Positions 33,081 to 49,610 of a stretch of 64,000 nucleotides of DNA are shown here, in pieces (positions within the stretch are counted from its first letter, which is position 1; each line of letters opens with the position of its first letter). The notes beneath the pieces are model-generated. The model had not been told where the DNA came from. It ran no database searches and saw only the letters and a program-made list of their open reading frames with translations. The DNA is from the human T2T-CHM13v2.0 reference genome, Homo sapiens. The position numbers and the translations under genes were made by a program. The stretch lies in NCBI RefSeq assembly GCF_009914755.1, contig NC_060947.1; one strand, written 5' to 3'.

Positions 33081-33524
33081 GTGCTCCTTTAGATTAATCC
33101 TCACTTGGATTCTCAGATGCAGGTTTTTAATTCAATCACACCAATGATGCTATTCATTATGCTTTAACTAGTGTTATGTGGATCAGAAAAAAGAGTTTTT
33201 CATTTGACTGGGGTGCCTAGCTCCTCATGGCCAGCAGATTCTTCCAGCTCACTTTGATAGACTTCATGCCGGGTTGTTCAAGAACTCCATGGCACCCACT
33301 CTTAGGCATCACCAAAGGCATGCCAACAGAAAGAATAATTTAAAAAAGAATTCTGCATTCGCTATTTTCCCCCTACCCGCTAACCTTCCAAGTAAAACAA
33401 AAAAACTAAAAGGGTATCAAAATCGTCATCATTATAAAATCAGAATGTTTGAACTTCCTTATATTTCATTAAAAAGTTCTGTGTGTGTGTGTCTTATATA
33501 TGTATTTTCCTGGAGGTATAATCA

Positions 33525-34090
33525 CTATGTATATAAATTCACCGTATTAATTGTATGTAATATAATATAGAATCATATATATTCATCATATGTGATATAT
33601 AATCCTATATATAGTCACTATGTATATATAGTTACTATATTCATTACACATAACACATATAATCCTATATATATTCGCTATATTCATTATATATAATACA
33701 TGTAATTTTACATATTTACTACATATAATATACATAATCCTGTACACATTCACTATGTATATATAGTCATTATATTCATTATATATACACACATAATTCT
33801 ATATATTTACTATATTTATTGTATAGATCATTATATATAATTTTATATATTCAGTATATATAATATAATATATAATACTATATATATTTACTATGTCTAT
33901 AGTCACATATTAATTATATATAGTATATAGAATTCTATATATTCACTGTATAGAGTATACATAACCCTACACATATTCACTATATGTACTCACTATATTC
34001 ATTATATATTACACATAATCCTATATATATATTCACTATATTCATTGTATATATATAGGATTGTGGATACTGGATTATATATTGTAAATT
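33525..34090. repeat. Degenerate TA-rich tandem repeat (ataatcctatatatattcactatattcattatat-like units)
   Basis: Recurring ATAATCCTATATAT and TTCACTAT motifs. Confidence 0.8.
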
Positions 34091-34663
34091 AATAGAAGTG
34101 AGCTCCTGAAAGCATTCACCTCCTCTGGCTTGTCATGTGGACTTGCTGTAGTCATAACTGTTAATTAGCAAAGACTAAATTGGTGCTAAACCTAGTAGAA
34201 AAAGTGAGGAACAGATCTGAGTCACCATATATATGCCATCTAACGAAGTGTGATTATTACAGTCATGATGATTCTAACAACTGTACCTATTATATATTAT
34301 AATAATTATTATAATTGCATGAGTATGTGTGAGTGTAAAGCCCCTGTCCTTAAAAAGCACACATAACCCTGGAATAGGACTGGCAAAATTGTTGTGAGCA
34401 TTTCTCAGGCTTTGGGACAGGATGCCTGTTTCTCAGGGTGCTTCCTGTGAAGCGATGAATTCAATGGATAGAGAGATTTAGATCTCCTGGGTAAGCAATG
34501 GGTTTTGTTCTAGTCTAGTTACACCTCGCAGCTCTGCCCCACAAAGATACAGGTTATTAAATACGATGAAGAAAACATCAGGATGGCTTTATGATTGTAT
34601 GTTAAAAGCACATAGATTTGGTTCAGTGAGCTTGTCGAGTTTTTCTTATAATAAAGAATGGTG

Positions 34664-34800
34664 CTACTTGGGAGGCTCAGGAGGGAGGCTCGCTTGAGCC
34701 CAGGAGTTGGAAGCTGCAGTGAGCTATGATTGCGCCACTGCACTCCAGTCTGGGTGACAGAAGGAGACAGTGTCTTAATTAAAAAAAATAAAAATAAAAA
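34664..34800 (+). mobile_element. 5'-truncated Alu (right monomer) with TSD AAAGAATGGTGC
   Basis: The same 12-mer lies on both sides. Confidence 0.85.
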
Positions 34801-35180
34801 AAGAATGGTGCCAAGAAGCTGAGCTGCCTTTCAACACTGGTTAGACTGGTTAGATCAGTGAATGTGTCAGCAGTGAATTTTACCTCATTTTCTGCTAGAG
34901 GCTTCCGGTTTTGTGTTTCTTTGTAATGCTGCCTGTCAGACAGGTGCGCACGTAGAAGACATTCAATGAAAATTTCACATAGGAAGAGACCTTTTCCTCC
35001 AGAGAGGTTCCTATTTTTTCTTAAAGAGTCTAGACATATGGTCTTGACACTGGCATTTGGCATAGGGCCATTTTTCTATTCTGTAACAACCGCCTCAGTC
35101 TCATGATTGATCTTACGGCAAGGGCTTCATTTTTGTTTTGTGCTCAGAAACACCCAAGGGGACTTTTGTCTAAGAAGTGA

Positions 35181-35771
<591 letters not shown>

Positions 35772-35787
35772 TAATCTTTGGTTTTAG

Positions 35788-35950
35788 GTGGCAAAGGAAT
35801 GGGAGGATGGGAAGGAGGTATCCGTGTGCCAGGGATATTCCGGTGGCCGTCAGTCTTGGAGGCTGGGAGAGTGATCAATGAGCCCACCAGCTTAATGGAC
35901 ATCTATCCGACGCTGTCTTATATAGGCGGAGGGATCTTGTCCCAGGACAG
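35788..35950 (+). CDS. ARSH: ARSH coding exon 7 ([21 protein letters not shown]...ILSQD)
   Basis: ttttag| acceptor, CAG|GTATGG donor; 163 nt; K-x-EGGIRVP motif. Confidence 0.97.
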
Positions 35951-36357
35951 GTATGGAAACAGTGTTTGCTCCTAACCTAGGGTGATATATTTGAACATAA
36001 GTGGATATACTTGATAATTCTATGTGTGTGTGTATGTACATAGTATATTACTTAATTATCAATATTCTGCCCATAGGGCCAGATGTCTTTCTCCCCTTGG
36101 TGCGTGGTGGAATATTTTGTTTTCTTCTTAGAGTATACCTTAATATCCTTTGTCATATTACACTTATGCCTGTGTGTGTTTGACTGTTCTCATGGATGGG
36201 ATCTGATTCTCATACATCATCACATCCCTCACAGCTTCTAGACCATTATGCAATTAAGTGTTAAATGATTACTGAATAAAAACATGTATGCCTAGAGCAG
36301 GTGCAGTGGCTCGTGCCTGTAATCCTAGCACTTTGGGAGGTCAAGGCTGGCGGATCA

Positions 36358-36627
<270 letters not shown>

Positions 36628-37291
36628 CTAAATGATATTATTCTTTCTGGTTTGCACTTTGTCTATGAGCTTATTTTTAATTTAATTTAAATTTATTTTT
36701 TTTGAGACAGAGTCTCGTCCTGTCAGCCAGGCTGGAATGCAGTGGTGTGATCTCGGCTCAGTGCAATCTCTGCGTCCCGGGTTCAAGTGATTCTTCTGCC
36801 TCAGCCTCCTGAGTAGCTGGGACTACAGGCGGGCGCCACCATGCTCAGCTAATTTTTGTATTTTTAGTAGAGATGGGGTTTCAGCATGTTGGCCAGGATG
36901 GTCTCGATCTCTTGACCTCGTGATCCACCCACCTCGGCCTCCCAAAGTGCTGGGATTACAGGCACGAGCCACCAGGCCTGGCTTTGTCTATGAGCTTTAA
37001 AATGAACAAATACATCCTGTGCTTTAACGATTTAATTCCATGTATGTGGGGTGATATCTATTCATTAAATGTGAAGTTTTATTGGAATCAAAAGGGCGTA
37101 AATAGCTTAATTTTTCCAATCCACAACAGTAACTCATATTGTCTTGCAAGGTATCAGGATAATAGTTCTAGCTGTTCTCTTCTTCCATGACCTCAGAAAA
37201 TGAATGTTTTGTTTCTCTTTCTTTTTGTTATAAAATGAGGGAAAAGGAGAAAGTTTTAAGAATTCCTTCTTCCGCCAGGCGCCGTGGCTCA

Positions 37292-37656
<365 letters not shown>

Positions 37657-37721
37657 CTATAAAATGCGTGACTGAACCATGCCTCTCTCATCACCTTCTA
37701 CACACCCCCTTCTCTCCCAAG

Positions 37722-37843
37722 AGTGATTGACGGCCAGAACCTAATGCCCCTGCTGGAAGGAAGGGCGTCCCACTCCGACCACGAGTTCCTCTTCCACTAC
37801 TGTGGGGTCTATCTGCACACGGTCAGGTGGCATCAGAAGGACT
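37722..37843 (+). CDS. ARSH: ARSH coding exon 8 ([13 protein letters not shown]...HEFLFHYCG...WHQKD)
   Basis: C/T-rich tract then AAG| acceptor; ACT|GTAAGT donor; 122 nt; IDG motif. Confidence 0.95.
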
Positions 37844-38915
37844 GTAAGTATGAAGGCTGTGGACACGTGGAAAGACGATAAGGGCCCGGTTCCGGTCTCC
37901 TTCGTCTCCTGGCGGAAGCTGCACCATGTGCAGATATTGCCCAGCTATGATGGTTCTTTTTCGCTGAGAAAGCCACATAAACAGTGCACTGCAGTAGGAT
38001 TTTATTTTATTTTATTTTATTTTGAGATAGGGTCTCACTCTGTCACCCAGGTTGGAGTACAGTGGCGCAATCTCGGCTCACCACAACCTCCACCTCCCAG
38101 GTTCAAGTGAGTCTCCTGCCTCAGCCTCCTGAGTAACTGGGACTACAGGCACCTACCACCATGACTAGTTAATTTTTGTATTTTTAGTAGAGATGGGGTT
38201 TCACCATGTTGGCCAGGCTGGTCTCGAACTCCTGACCTCAGGCGATCTGCCCACCTCAGCCTCCCAAAGTGCTGGGATTACAGGCGTGAGCCACCGTGCC
38301 TGGCCTGCAGTAGGATTTTAGAGAGATGTGTTTGTGAGAGAGATTTGTGCCCAAAGGGTTTTATTTTAAATTTTTAAAATATTTATAAAATAGAGACAAG
38401 ATCTTACTATGTGGCCCAGGCTGGTCTCGAACTGCTGAGCTCAAGTGATCCTCTCTCTTTGGCCTCCCACAGGTGTGACCCACCACAGCCGATCCACTCA
38501 AAGCATTTTAACTTAGGGAGGTGAGTGCTGACACAGACAAACCAATGCCATTGCAATATTTTCATGACTTAGATTTCCCGAGAGAAGGGGATATGCCCTA
38601 CCACACAGGTTCACGGTGGGAAGCACCAGGGCTTGGCTTGGAAGCAGAGGCAGGAAGGAATGAGGAGCCCAAGCAACAGCCTTTATTATTAGGCTTTCCA
38701 AGGGAAAGGTCAGGCAGGGCAGGGTGAACAGCTTCACACTGGTAGTTTGAGTAATTACAGTAAGTTTGGAGCAACAGAGACTGCCCCTAGCTGCCTGGTA
38801 CCCGGTGCTGGGTTGATTTAGGACAGAGAAAATATCAGCTTACTGTGTGAGAGTTAGATAAAGGAGGTGGATGCTTGCATAGGTAGGGTGTGTTCCTAAG
38901 TGAGTTGTTACTATT

Positions 38916-39263
38916 TGTATTAGTCCATTCTCACGTTGCTAATAAAGACATACTCAAGACTGGGTAATTTATAAAGGAAAAAGTGGTTTAATGGACTCAC
39001 AGTTCCACATGGCTGGGGAGGCCTCACAATCATGGTGGAAGGCACATCTTACATGGTGGAAAGCAAGAGAGAATGAGAGCCAAGCGAAAAGGGAAATGCC
39101 TTATAAAACCATCAGATCTCGTGAGACTTATTCCTTACCATGGGAACAGTATGGCAGAAACTGCCCCCATATTCAATTATCTCCACTTGGCTCTGCCCTT
39201 GACATATGGGGATTATTACAACTCAAGGTGAGATTAGGGTGGGGACAGAGCCAAACCATATCG
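38916..39263 (-). mobile_element. THE1-type MaLR solo LTR inside an older LTR-like element (about 38520-39340)
   Basis: TGTATTAGTCC...CCAAACCATATCG; 5-bp TSD CTATT (38911-38915, 39264-39268). Confidence 0.88.
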
Positions 39264-39342
39264 CTATTTTTAGGAATCAGCTAGTCCTGGGAGGAGCAGT
39301 CTTTCCCCAAGTCTATGAGGCCCCTCAAGCTGTCAAAATACT

Positions 39343-39620
39343 AGCCTGGCACAGTGGCTCACAGTTGTAATCTCAGCACTTCAGGAGGCCAAGGTAGGAG
39401 GATTATTTGAGCCCAGGAGTTTGATATCAGCCTGGGCAACATTGCAAGACCCTGTCCCTACAAAGAAAAAAAAAAGAATTAGCCAGGTATGGTGGCATAC
39501 AACTGTAGTCCAGCTACTCAGGAGGCTGAGTGGGAAGTTTGAGGCTGCAGTTGGCAATGATCGTGCCACTGTACTCCAGCCTGGGCAACAAAGTGAGACA
39601 CTGTCTCAAAAAAAAAAAAA
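39343..39620 (+). mobile_element. Alu (J-like)
   Basis: Dimer with poly(A). Confidence 0.88.
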
Positions 39621-40558
39621 GTCAAAACATTATAGGATACAGAAAATTAAGACAACATGATTAATGTGTGTGTGTAAGTATGCATTAGCTTGTGTGAATG
39701 TATACATGAGAGAGAGAACAAGAGAGAAAGAGAGACTATGAATACCCACAGCTTAGGGATGACTGAAGTAATTATTCTAGCAACGAGGAGTAAATTCTTC
39801 AACATGACCTGCCGGGTGGTTGCTTATCTCCACCTTCCTTCCTTTCTAACATCCTAGTGATTGTTTCTGTCCCACATTCGTGCTATGGAAGTCATGCAAA
39901 CAAATATAAATTAACAAATAGCATCGTTTGCCTTAGACCTGTAAAGAAAGGTCTTTTGGAGTCATTGCATGAAATTCCAGAATTCTTACTTGGTTGGATT
40001 TAACTTTATTTGCAGGAGGAATTTTCTCTGATGGGATCAGTCACTTGTGGTGTGATGTATCTTCATTTTGATGTGGATAGTCCCACATAAAACAATTAAA
40101 AAAACAAAAATAAGTAAATAAAAATCTATGTTTTTAAGATTCTATATGAGTGCAGGACATGATCAATGATAAATAAAACAGCCCCGTAAACAGCACAAGC
40201 CTCCCAAATTTAACTATAGAGGATTATACAGTAGAATTTTTTGTTATTATTTTTTCTCATCATAATTTCAGAAGTTGGGAGCATGGGGCTGACACAGTGC
40301 TCAGTGCCACGGTCATGGGACCAGGGTTCTTTTTTTCTACTTGGCCACCTCTGACATGCTAGCTTTCATTCTTGTGCATCTCACCTCATGGTTGCAAAGT
40401 GGCTGCAGTTCCTCCAAGCATCACACCTGCACTCCATGCAGTAAGGAGGGAAAAAACCAAAGGCGGTAAAGAATCCAGTTAGATGATTTGATCCTATTTT
40501 AGTAGGAAAGCACAGCTTCTCTGCAAGACCCCACCAGTAGACTTCGGTATAATCCTCA

Positions 40559-41113
<555 letters not shown>

Positions 41114-41491
41114 TTAACTTTGCCAAATTACTTTTGTCAATTTCAGATGTGAAAGTGGCATTTAGCCTTGGATCATTTTTAATTTTGTTTGTACCTAATC
41201 AGATTGAGGTAGAATTTTAATTTGGTATTCCCAGAATTACCCTATTCCCATCTGGGTCATCATTATTATCTCCAAATATTCTCATGACAAGATTTCTAAA
41301 AATGTCTGCAAGTTTGCAGTGAAATTGTGCATTGTTCTTAGAGTTGAAGAAATGCTACTGTTGCTGTGTAATGCTGTGCAGAAGAGTATTATCAATCACT
41401 AGAAAAAGCTTTTGAGAAAAACATCTTTAACGAAAAGAGTCCTAAAATCACCACAAAGATGGTATCATACATAATGCAACTTGTTTTTTAG

Positions 41492-41859
41492 GTGCAACTG
41501 TGTGGAAAGCTCATTATGTGACTCCTAAATTCTACCCTGAAGGAACAGGTGCCTGCTATGGGAGTGGAATATGTTCATGTTCGGGGGATGTAACCTACCA
41601 CGACCCACCACTCCTCTTTGACATCTCAAGAGACCCTTCAGAAGCCCTTCCACTGAACCCTGACAATGAGCCATTATTTGACTCCGTGATCAAAAAGATG
41701 GAGGCAGCCATAAGAGAGCATCGTAGGACACTAACACCTGTCCCACAGCAGTTCTCTGTGTTCAACACAATTTGGAAACCATGGCTGCAGCCTTGCTGTG
41801 GGACCTTCCCCTTCTGTGGGTGTGACAAGGAAGATGACATCCTTCCCATGGCTCCCTGA
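41492..41859 (+). CDS. ARSH: ARSH last coding exon (ATVWKAHYVTPKF...WLQPCCGTFPFCGCDKEDDILPMAP*)
   Basis: tttttag| acceptor; 368 nt to TGA; C-terminal WLQPCC..FPFC.C typical of the STS/ARSD/E/F/H clade; total CDS 1689 nt. Confidence 0.97.
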
Positions 41860-42394
41860 GACCATGCGGACCACGTGTTACCCACCACAAACTTACTGTT
41901 ACAATGGTCATAGGAGCAGAGCTCACCTGACTGATTCATTCCATTTGGGATAAAAACTGATGGCCCAACCCATTGTTTTATCCTCAGAAATCAGTTCTTT
42001 CAAGAGCTCGGTGAAATTAAAGTGGGCCCATATAACAGTGAACCTGGAGGGGAGCATTTGTTGTATAATTTTTTTCTAGTATATAATTGTGCCATTGCCC
42101 AAGGAAAAGAGCAAATCAAGGTGACTTCAGCAGATTCTTGTAGAGCTTTTGTTCCTAGAATTCATGGAAGCATCAGGTCCAATGTCATAAGTTAGAAACT
42201 TCTGCTTGCAGATTCTATACCCAGGCATGCTAGCTTTCTAATAAATCATGATAAGTACTTAATTTTTTCATGAAGCAGAGGGTCACATAAAACTTGAAGT
42301 AGTGCTGTTATAGTCAGTTTGACTTCTTGATTTTCTCTCTTTCCTTCTTTTCTCTTCCTGTCCGATACGCATCTGGTTATGAGAAAAAATGCTG

Positions 42395-42582
42395 GGCTGA
42401 AGTTCTTGACTTTGCTTCCTCGTAGCTATATCATCGTGGAAATGTCTCTGTGATTTGGTTTCTTCATGTGTAAAATAAGGAAAACCAGTGTCTACTTCAC
42501 AGAGTAGCTATGAGGATTACATGCATTAATTAATGTGAAATTGCCTTGTGTAGAATAAGCAGTCAATAAATGTTATTATTAC
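42395..42582 (+). mobile_element. MIR-like SINE in the ARSH 3' UTR
   Basis: gtttcttcatgtgtaaaataagg...ctacttcacagagtagctatgaggatta...gtcaataaatgttattatt resembles the MIR core and tail. Confidence 0.65.
42565..42570 (+). terminator. Probable ARSH poly(A) signal AATAAA (alternative at 42240-42245)
   Basis: Canonical hexamer about 700 nt after the stop, followed by TGTTGTTGT; lies at the end of a MIR-like element. Confidence 0.55.
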
Positions 42583-42829
42583 AAATGTTGTTGTAAGCAT
42601 CATCAATTGCAGTTAATCATGATTCCTTAAACACAAAATAAGAAAAATGGCAAAGAAGAGTCAACATTTAAGAAAAAATAAAGAAACATGGCTAAAACAA
42701 TTATTTAATTGAAGAAAGGCATTTGGCAATACACATAGGAAGTAATTCAAAGCAGGATAAACAAACATAAATCCAAAATTTGAAGCATTTGTGACTGCAG
42801 ACTACAAAAGACAAAGAAAAGATCTACAG

Positions 42830-43250
42830 ATGGATGCAGGGCAGGTGAGCCCCAAATTGGGGCTTAGCCTGGGAGGGTTCTTGGCTTCCCTCAGGAAATA
42901 ATTCAAGAGTAAGCCAGTGGTGGAAGCAACAGCTTTATGGAGAAGGTAGTGTCACAGTTCTGTGACCGCTCCTGCAGAGAACAGGAGCTCAGGGCACTGC
43001 TGCAGTCATATTTATACCCACTTTTAATTGCATGCAGATTAATGGGCAGTTTATGCAGAAATTTCTAGGAAAAGGGTGGTAACTTCTGAGTGCTCAGGTC
43101 ATTGCCATAGAAGAGGCCAGTAATGCCCAGATGTTGCCATGGCAATGGTAAACTGACATGGCATGCTGTTAGGCATGTCTTATGGAATGCTGCTTCCATG
43201 TTTTAGCTAGTCCTCAGTTTGGTCCTCTGTCTGCTTCTGCTTCTTCTTCT
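42830..43250 (-). mobile_element. ERV1-class LTR fragment
   Basis: ggtgagccccaaattggggcttagcc...gttgccatggcaatggtaaactgacatgg recalled as LTR text; subfamily not assigned. Confidence 0.65.
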
Positions 43251-43254
43251 TACC

Positions 43255-44286
<1,032 letters not shown>

Positions 44287-45096
44287 CCATTCTGCTATTT
44301 CTTATCCCTCTTTGCATTGCAGCCACACTGCAATGTAAATGAACCTTTGACCTAAATGAACCAATTAATTATGCCCCCACTTCACTAATGGGCCACTAGA
44401 GGGCGTTAGAAAAACATTTCTCAACTACTCGGTCAATGCGTTCAAGCATGCCACAGGTGTTCTTGCTAGAGACTTGTCATTGATGTTTTCTTGAGCCATT
44501 AGAAGGAAATGGCCATGAGGAAAAGACTCGGTTTGCTTTATGTTAATCCAGGGGATATGATGGTAGATAGGTACCAACCAGACATGTCCATTTCAGACAG
44601 TCAAAGTAGCCAATCTGTCCTCCACAATTCAGCATTTTTAGAGAAATAAAAAATGGTGCTGAAACATGCAGAGTCTAAAACTGAATGTCTGCTTTTCAAG
44701 TTCTTTCTAATTATTGGCTAGGGAAAAATCAGTGTCACTTAACTTCTCTGTAGTGCAATGTCTCAACTTTAAAATGACTACAATAGCAAATGCTTCATAG
44801 AGTTGCTGCAAAGATTACATAGATAAATATGCGAAAACACAAGAGGCTGGAACGAGCACTTTAAGATGACAGTAATTTTATTTTATTACAAGAAAGACTG
44901 AGGTTGAATTTTCTTAACCCAGAACTTAGATTAGGAAGAAGTGGTCATTAAAATATACCATGCATTATTACTTATTATGGTCACCATTCTGTGCAATAGA
45001 TCTCTAAGCTTATTGCTCCTGGGAGGGGAAAGATTTATTGACTTGCCTGATGTAATCATTCCACATTGTGAACATATATCAAAGCATTCCATGGTA

Positions 45097-46670
45097 CTAT
45101 ATATATAATATATATAATATTTTATATAAAATATTATATATAATATATATAATATTATATATAAAATATTATATATATAATATATATAATATTATATATA
45201 AAATATTATATATATAATATTATATAATATATATATTATATATAATATTATATATTTTATATAAAATATTATATATATATTATATATAAAATATTATATA
45301 TAATATATATAAAATATTATATATAATATTATATATAAAATATTATATAAAATATATATAAAATATTATATATATAATATTATATGAAATATTATATAAA
45401 ATATATATAATATATATATATTATATATATTATATATAATATTATATATAATATATATAATATATATATATTATATATATAAAATATTATATATAATATT
45501 ATATATTATATATATATATTATATATATAAAATATTATATATAATATTATATATAATATATATATTATATATATAAAATATTATATATAATATTATATAT
45601 AATATATATTATATATATAAAATATTATATATAATATTATATATAATATATATAATATATATATTATATATAAAATATATATAATATATATATTATATAT
45701 ATTATATATAAAATATATATAATATATATATTATATATATTATATATAAAATATATATAATATATATAATATATATATTATATATAAAATATATATAATA
45801 TATATATTATATATAAAATATATATAATATATATAATATATATATTATATATAAAATATATATAATATATATATTATATATAAAATATATATAATATATA
45901 TAATATATATATTATATATAAAATATATATAATATATATATTATATATAAAATATATATAATATATATAATATATATATTATATATAAAATATATATAAT
46001 ATATATAATATATATAAAATATATATAATATATATAATATATATATTATATATAAAATATATATAATATATATAATATATATAAAATATATATAATATAT
46101 ATAATATATATATTATATATAAAATATATATAATATATATAATATATATATTATATATAAAATATATATAATATATATAATATATATAAAATATATATAA
46201 TATATATAATATATATAATATATATAAAATATATATCATATATATAATATATATATTATATATAAAATATATATCATATATATAATATATATATTATATA
46301 TAAAATATATATCATATATATAATATATATATTATATATAAAATATATATCATATATATAATATATATATTATATATAAAATATATATCATATATATAAT
46401 ATATATATTATATATAAAATATATATAATATATATAATATTATATATAAAATATATATAATATATATAATATTATATATAAAATATATATAATATATATA
46501 ATATTATATATAAAATATATATAATATATATAATATTATATATAAAATATATATAATATATATAATATATTATATATAATATTATATATAAAATATTATA
46601 TATAATGTTATATATAAAATATTATATATAATGTTATATATAAAATATTATATATAATATATATAAAATT
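45097..46670. repeat. About 1.57 kb A/T-only (TA)n-derived minisatellite
   Basis: Built from AAAATATATAT, AATATATAT and ATTATATAT modules; only a handful of C or G. Confidence 0.97.
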
Positions 46671-47142
46671 TATCAATTAAAAATAAAAATAAAATGCTGA
46701 CAAAATAAGAGGTGTTAAATGAATGTATAAGAAACATGAGGTAGCTGAAGTAGGAGTCTTACTCAAACCATCTGCCCTGATCTGTCTATCATCCCATGCT
46801 GGGACATGAAAAGGCACATATTCAGAGGACTGGGGGAATTGAGAGAGAGTGAAGGACAGACAGAGTCTTCATCAGGGACGCTCCCACATGGGAAGCCTCC
46901 TACCATGAACCTTAAAGACGTGAGTTCTGGAAGGTGTCTGAGAAGAGATTTTCTGTGGTTTTGCCAGAGAGCTGGCAACGAGGTGATGGGAGCAAACCCT
47001 TCCTTCATTATTATATTTTCCAAAACTCACAGCATTATTTTGGAGAATTGTTAAGGTAGTAGGAGGGAGATTTAAGAAATAGCCCCAGAGTGTCTTTGTG
47101 TTTGCTGCCCTGCATGTTTGCCAGGAAGAACATATTCCTCAG

Positions 47143-47487
47143 GTATTAGTCTCGTGCTGCTGATAAAGACATACCCAAGACTGGGTAATTTATAAAGGAA
47201 AGAGGTTTAATGGACTCACAGTTCCACATCACTGGGGAGGCCTCACAATCATGGCAGGAGGCAAAAGGCACATCTCACATGGTGGCAGGCAAGAGAGAAA
47301 AAAGAGCCAAGTGAAACCTCTTATAAAACCATCAGATCTCATGAGGCTTACTCACTACCATGAGAACAGTGGAAACCACCCCCATGATTCAATTATCTTT
47401 CACTGGGTTCCTCCTGCAACACGTGGCAATTATGGGAGCTACAGTTGAAGATGAGCTTTGGATGGGGACACAGTCAAACCATATCAC
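47143..47487 (-). mobile_element. THE1-type MaLR solo LTR
   Basis: gtattagtc...gctgctgataaagacatacccaagactggg...aaaccatatca. Confidence 0.88.
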
Positions 47488-47654
47488 CTGAGGTATGGAG
47501 AGACTGAAGAAAATGAATGTGCCATTTTTGATCTTTACAGAGGGTTTCAAATTTGCAAATGCTCAAAAATGTTATCCCTCAAAGACCTTTGAGGAAAAAG
47601 TTAGTTGATTGACTCCAGCAAAATGGAATGTAATACAAGAAAGGCGAGAGTAGA

Positions 47655-48965
47655 CAAGCACAGTGGCTCATGCCTGTAACCACAGCATTTTGGGAGGCTG
47701 AGGTGGGAGGATCGCTTGGGTCCAGGAGTTCAAGACCAGCCTGGACAACATAGTGCAATCTCATCTTTACTAAAAATTCGTTTAAAATTGCTGAGTGTTT
47801 ACTAAAAATTTGTTTAAAATTGCTGAGTGGCACATGCCTGTAGTCCCAGCTACTCAGAAGGCTGAGGTGGGAGGATCACTTGAGCCCAGGACATTGAAGC
47901 TGCAGTGAGCTATGACTACACTACTGCACTCCAGCCTGGGTGACAGAGCAAGACCCTGTCTCAAAATACTACTACTACTACTACTAATAATAATAATAAA
48001 AAGAAGAGAGTACACAGGAAGCAGTGCTGAATAAATAAATGTATAAAACAAAGTCTGAATGTGTTAGTGCACAGTTGTGAAAATAATCTGGAATTAACAT
48101 TTCACATGGGAGGTAATTGAAAGAGCAGAGAAGAAAGAGAGAATGAGCATATGTTCATGTTTTTGTTTCGTCTGGGAAGAAGACATAGGTAATGACTATC
48201 TTTATATTTGATAGAAAATATAAGCTTAAATACGTGTGCTGACAGGTGAAAGGTGGTTACCACCAGAAAACTAGAAAAGATGTGTACAAGTTTCAGAGCC
48301 TTAATGGGAAATGCGTGGATTGAAGAAAACCTGATTCATGCAATCAGAGGTGGGTGGGAAAGAATTACACCGAAGAAGCAGAAAATCTGATATGTGTAAA
48401 AAAGGGAAAATAATATAAAGTGAAACTGCAGGACTCAATCCAAATATAACCATGATCATAATAAACATGGATGGATTAAAATTCCTTTAAAAAAGATAGG
48501 CTTTCTGAATGGGAAAATAAACATAAAATCCGGACATACGGTAGTGTAGGAGGCAGCTTAATTAAAAACAAACAAAATGTTGAAAATAAATGGATGCATT
48601 TGATATGATTCTGTTCCACTATCCAATCTAAGTAATGGTCAATTATTTTATAGATTGTTCTTCAGTTTTTTTTTTTTTTTTTGAGACAGAGTCTTCCTTT
48701 ATCCCTCAGGCCGGAGTGCAGTGGTGCGATCTTGGCTCACTGCAACCTCTGCCTCCCAGGTTCAAGCAATTCTCATGCCTCAGCCTCCACAATTGCTGGG
48801 AGTAGAGGCACCTGCCACCACGCCCGGCTAGTTTTTGTATTTTTAGTAGAGACGGGGTTTCACCTTGTTGGCCAGGCTGGTCTCGAACTCCTGATGTCAG
48901 GTGATCCGCCCGCCTCAGCCTCCCAAAGTGCTGGAATTACAGGCTTGAGCCACTGTGCCCAGCCT
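47655..48965. mobile_element. Alu+ (47655-47998), probable old L1 fragment, Alu- (48666-48964)
   Basis: Alu motifs; A-rich L1-like text such as taaacatggatggattaaaattcctttaaaaaga. Confidence 0.75.
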
Positions 48966-49174
48966 TCAGTTTGGTTTTGTCCAGTGTTTTCTCATGATTA
49001 GACTGAGGTTATGCATTTTTGGCAAAAAAATCATCAGAATTGATGTAAGTTTTCAGTGTGTCATGTTACGGAGTGCATGATGTCTGTATGTCCTGTCCTG
49101 GTGATGTTAAATTTCATCACCTGGATTAAGTGGTGTCTGTTGGAATTCTCCACTGTGAAATTATTATTTTTTCT

Positions 49175-49610
49175 GATCCAGGAAAGGTTAAGCAAGAGTC
49201 TGGCACCATTTTAAGTCTAATAAGAAACATTTACTACCTGATTTCTCTGAAGCCTGCTACCTGCGGGCTACATGTGCATAATAAAAACTTTGGTCTCCTC
49301 AACGCCTTATCCTCACCCAGACATTTCCTTTCTACTAATTACAGGTCTTTAATCAGAAAATCCTGGAATCCACCTACGACCTGGAAGTTCCTCACTTTGA
49401 ATGGAATCCCACCTTTCTGGACTAAGCCAATGTACATCTCACATGTGTCGATTGATGTCTCCTGTCCCCGTAAATTGTATAAAGCCAAGCTGTCACCCAA
49501 CCACCTTGGGCACTTGTTCTCAGGACCTCCTTGGGGCTGTGTCGTGAGCCATTGGTTAAATGAATAACTCTTTTCAAATATTTTACAGAGTTTGACTCTT
49601 TTCATGGACA
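49175..49610 (+). mobile_element. MER4-group ERV1 5' LTR
   Basis: ccaatgtacatct...attgatgtct...tgtataaagccaagctg...ccaccttgggcac...tcaggacctcc; ends in CA and is followed by a PBS-like sequence; homologous to the LTRs at 57595, 58423 and 60528. Confidence 0.8.

Noticed and set aside
41595-41939. 114-aa antisense ORF over the last exon
   Set aside because: Shadow ORF of the coding strand with no independent support.
45979-46239. Ile/Tyr-repeat ORF; array considered as CRISPR-like
   Set aside because: Pure TA minisatellite with no unique spacers, in a eukaryotic context.
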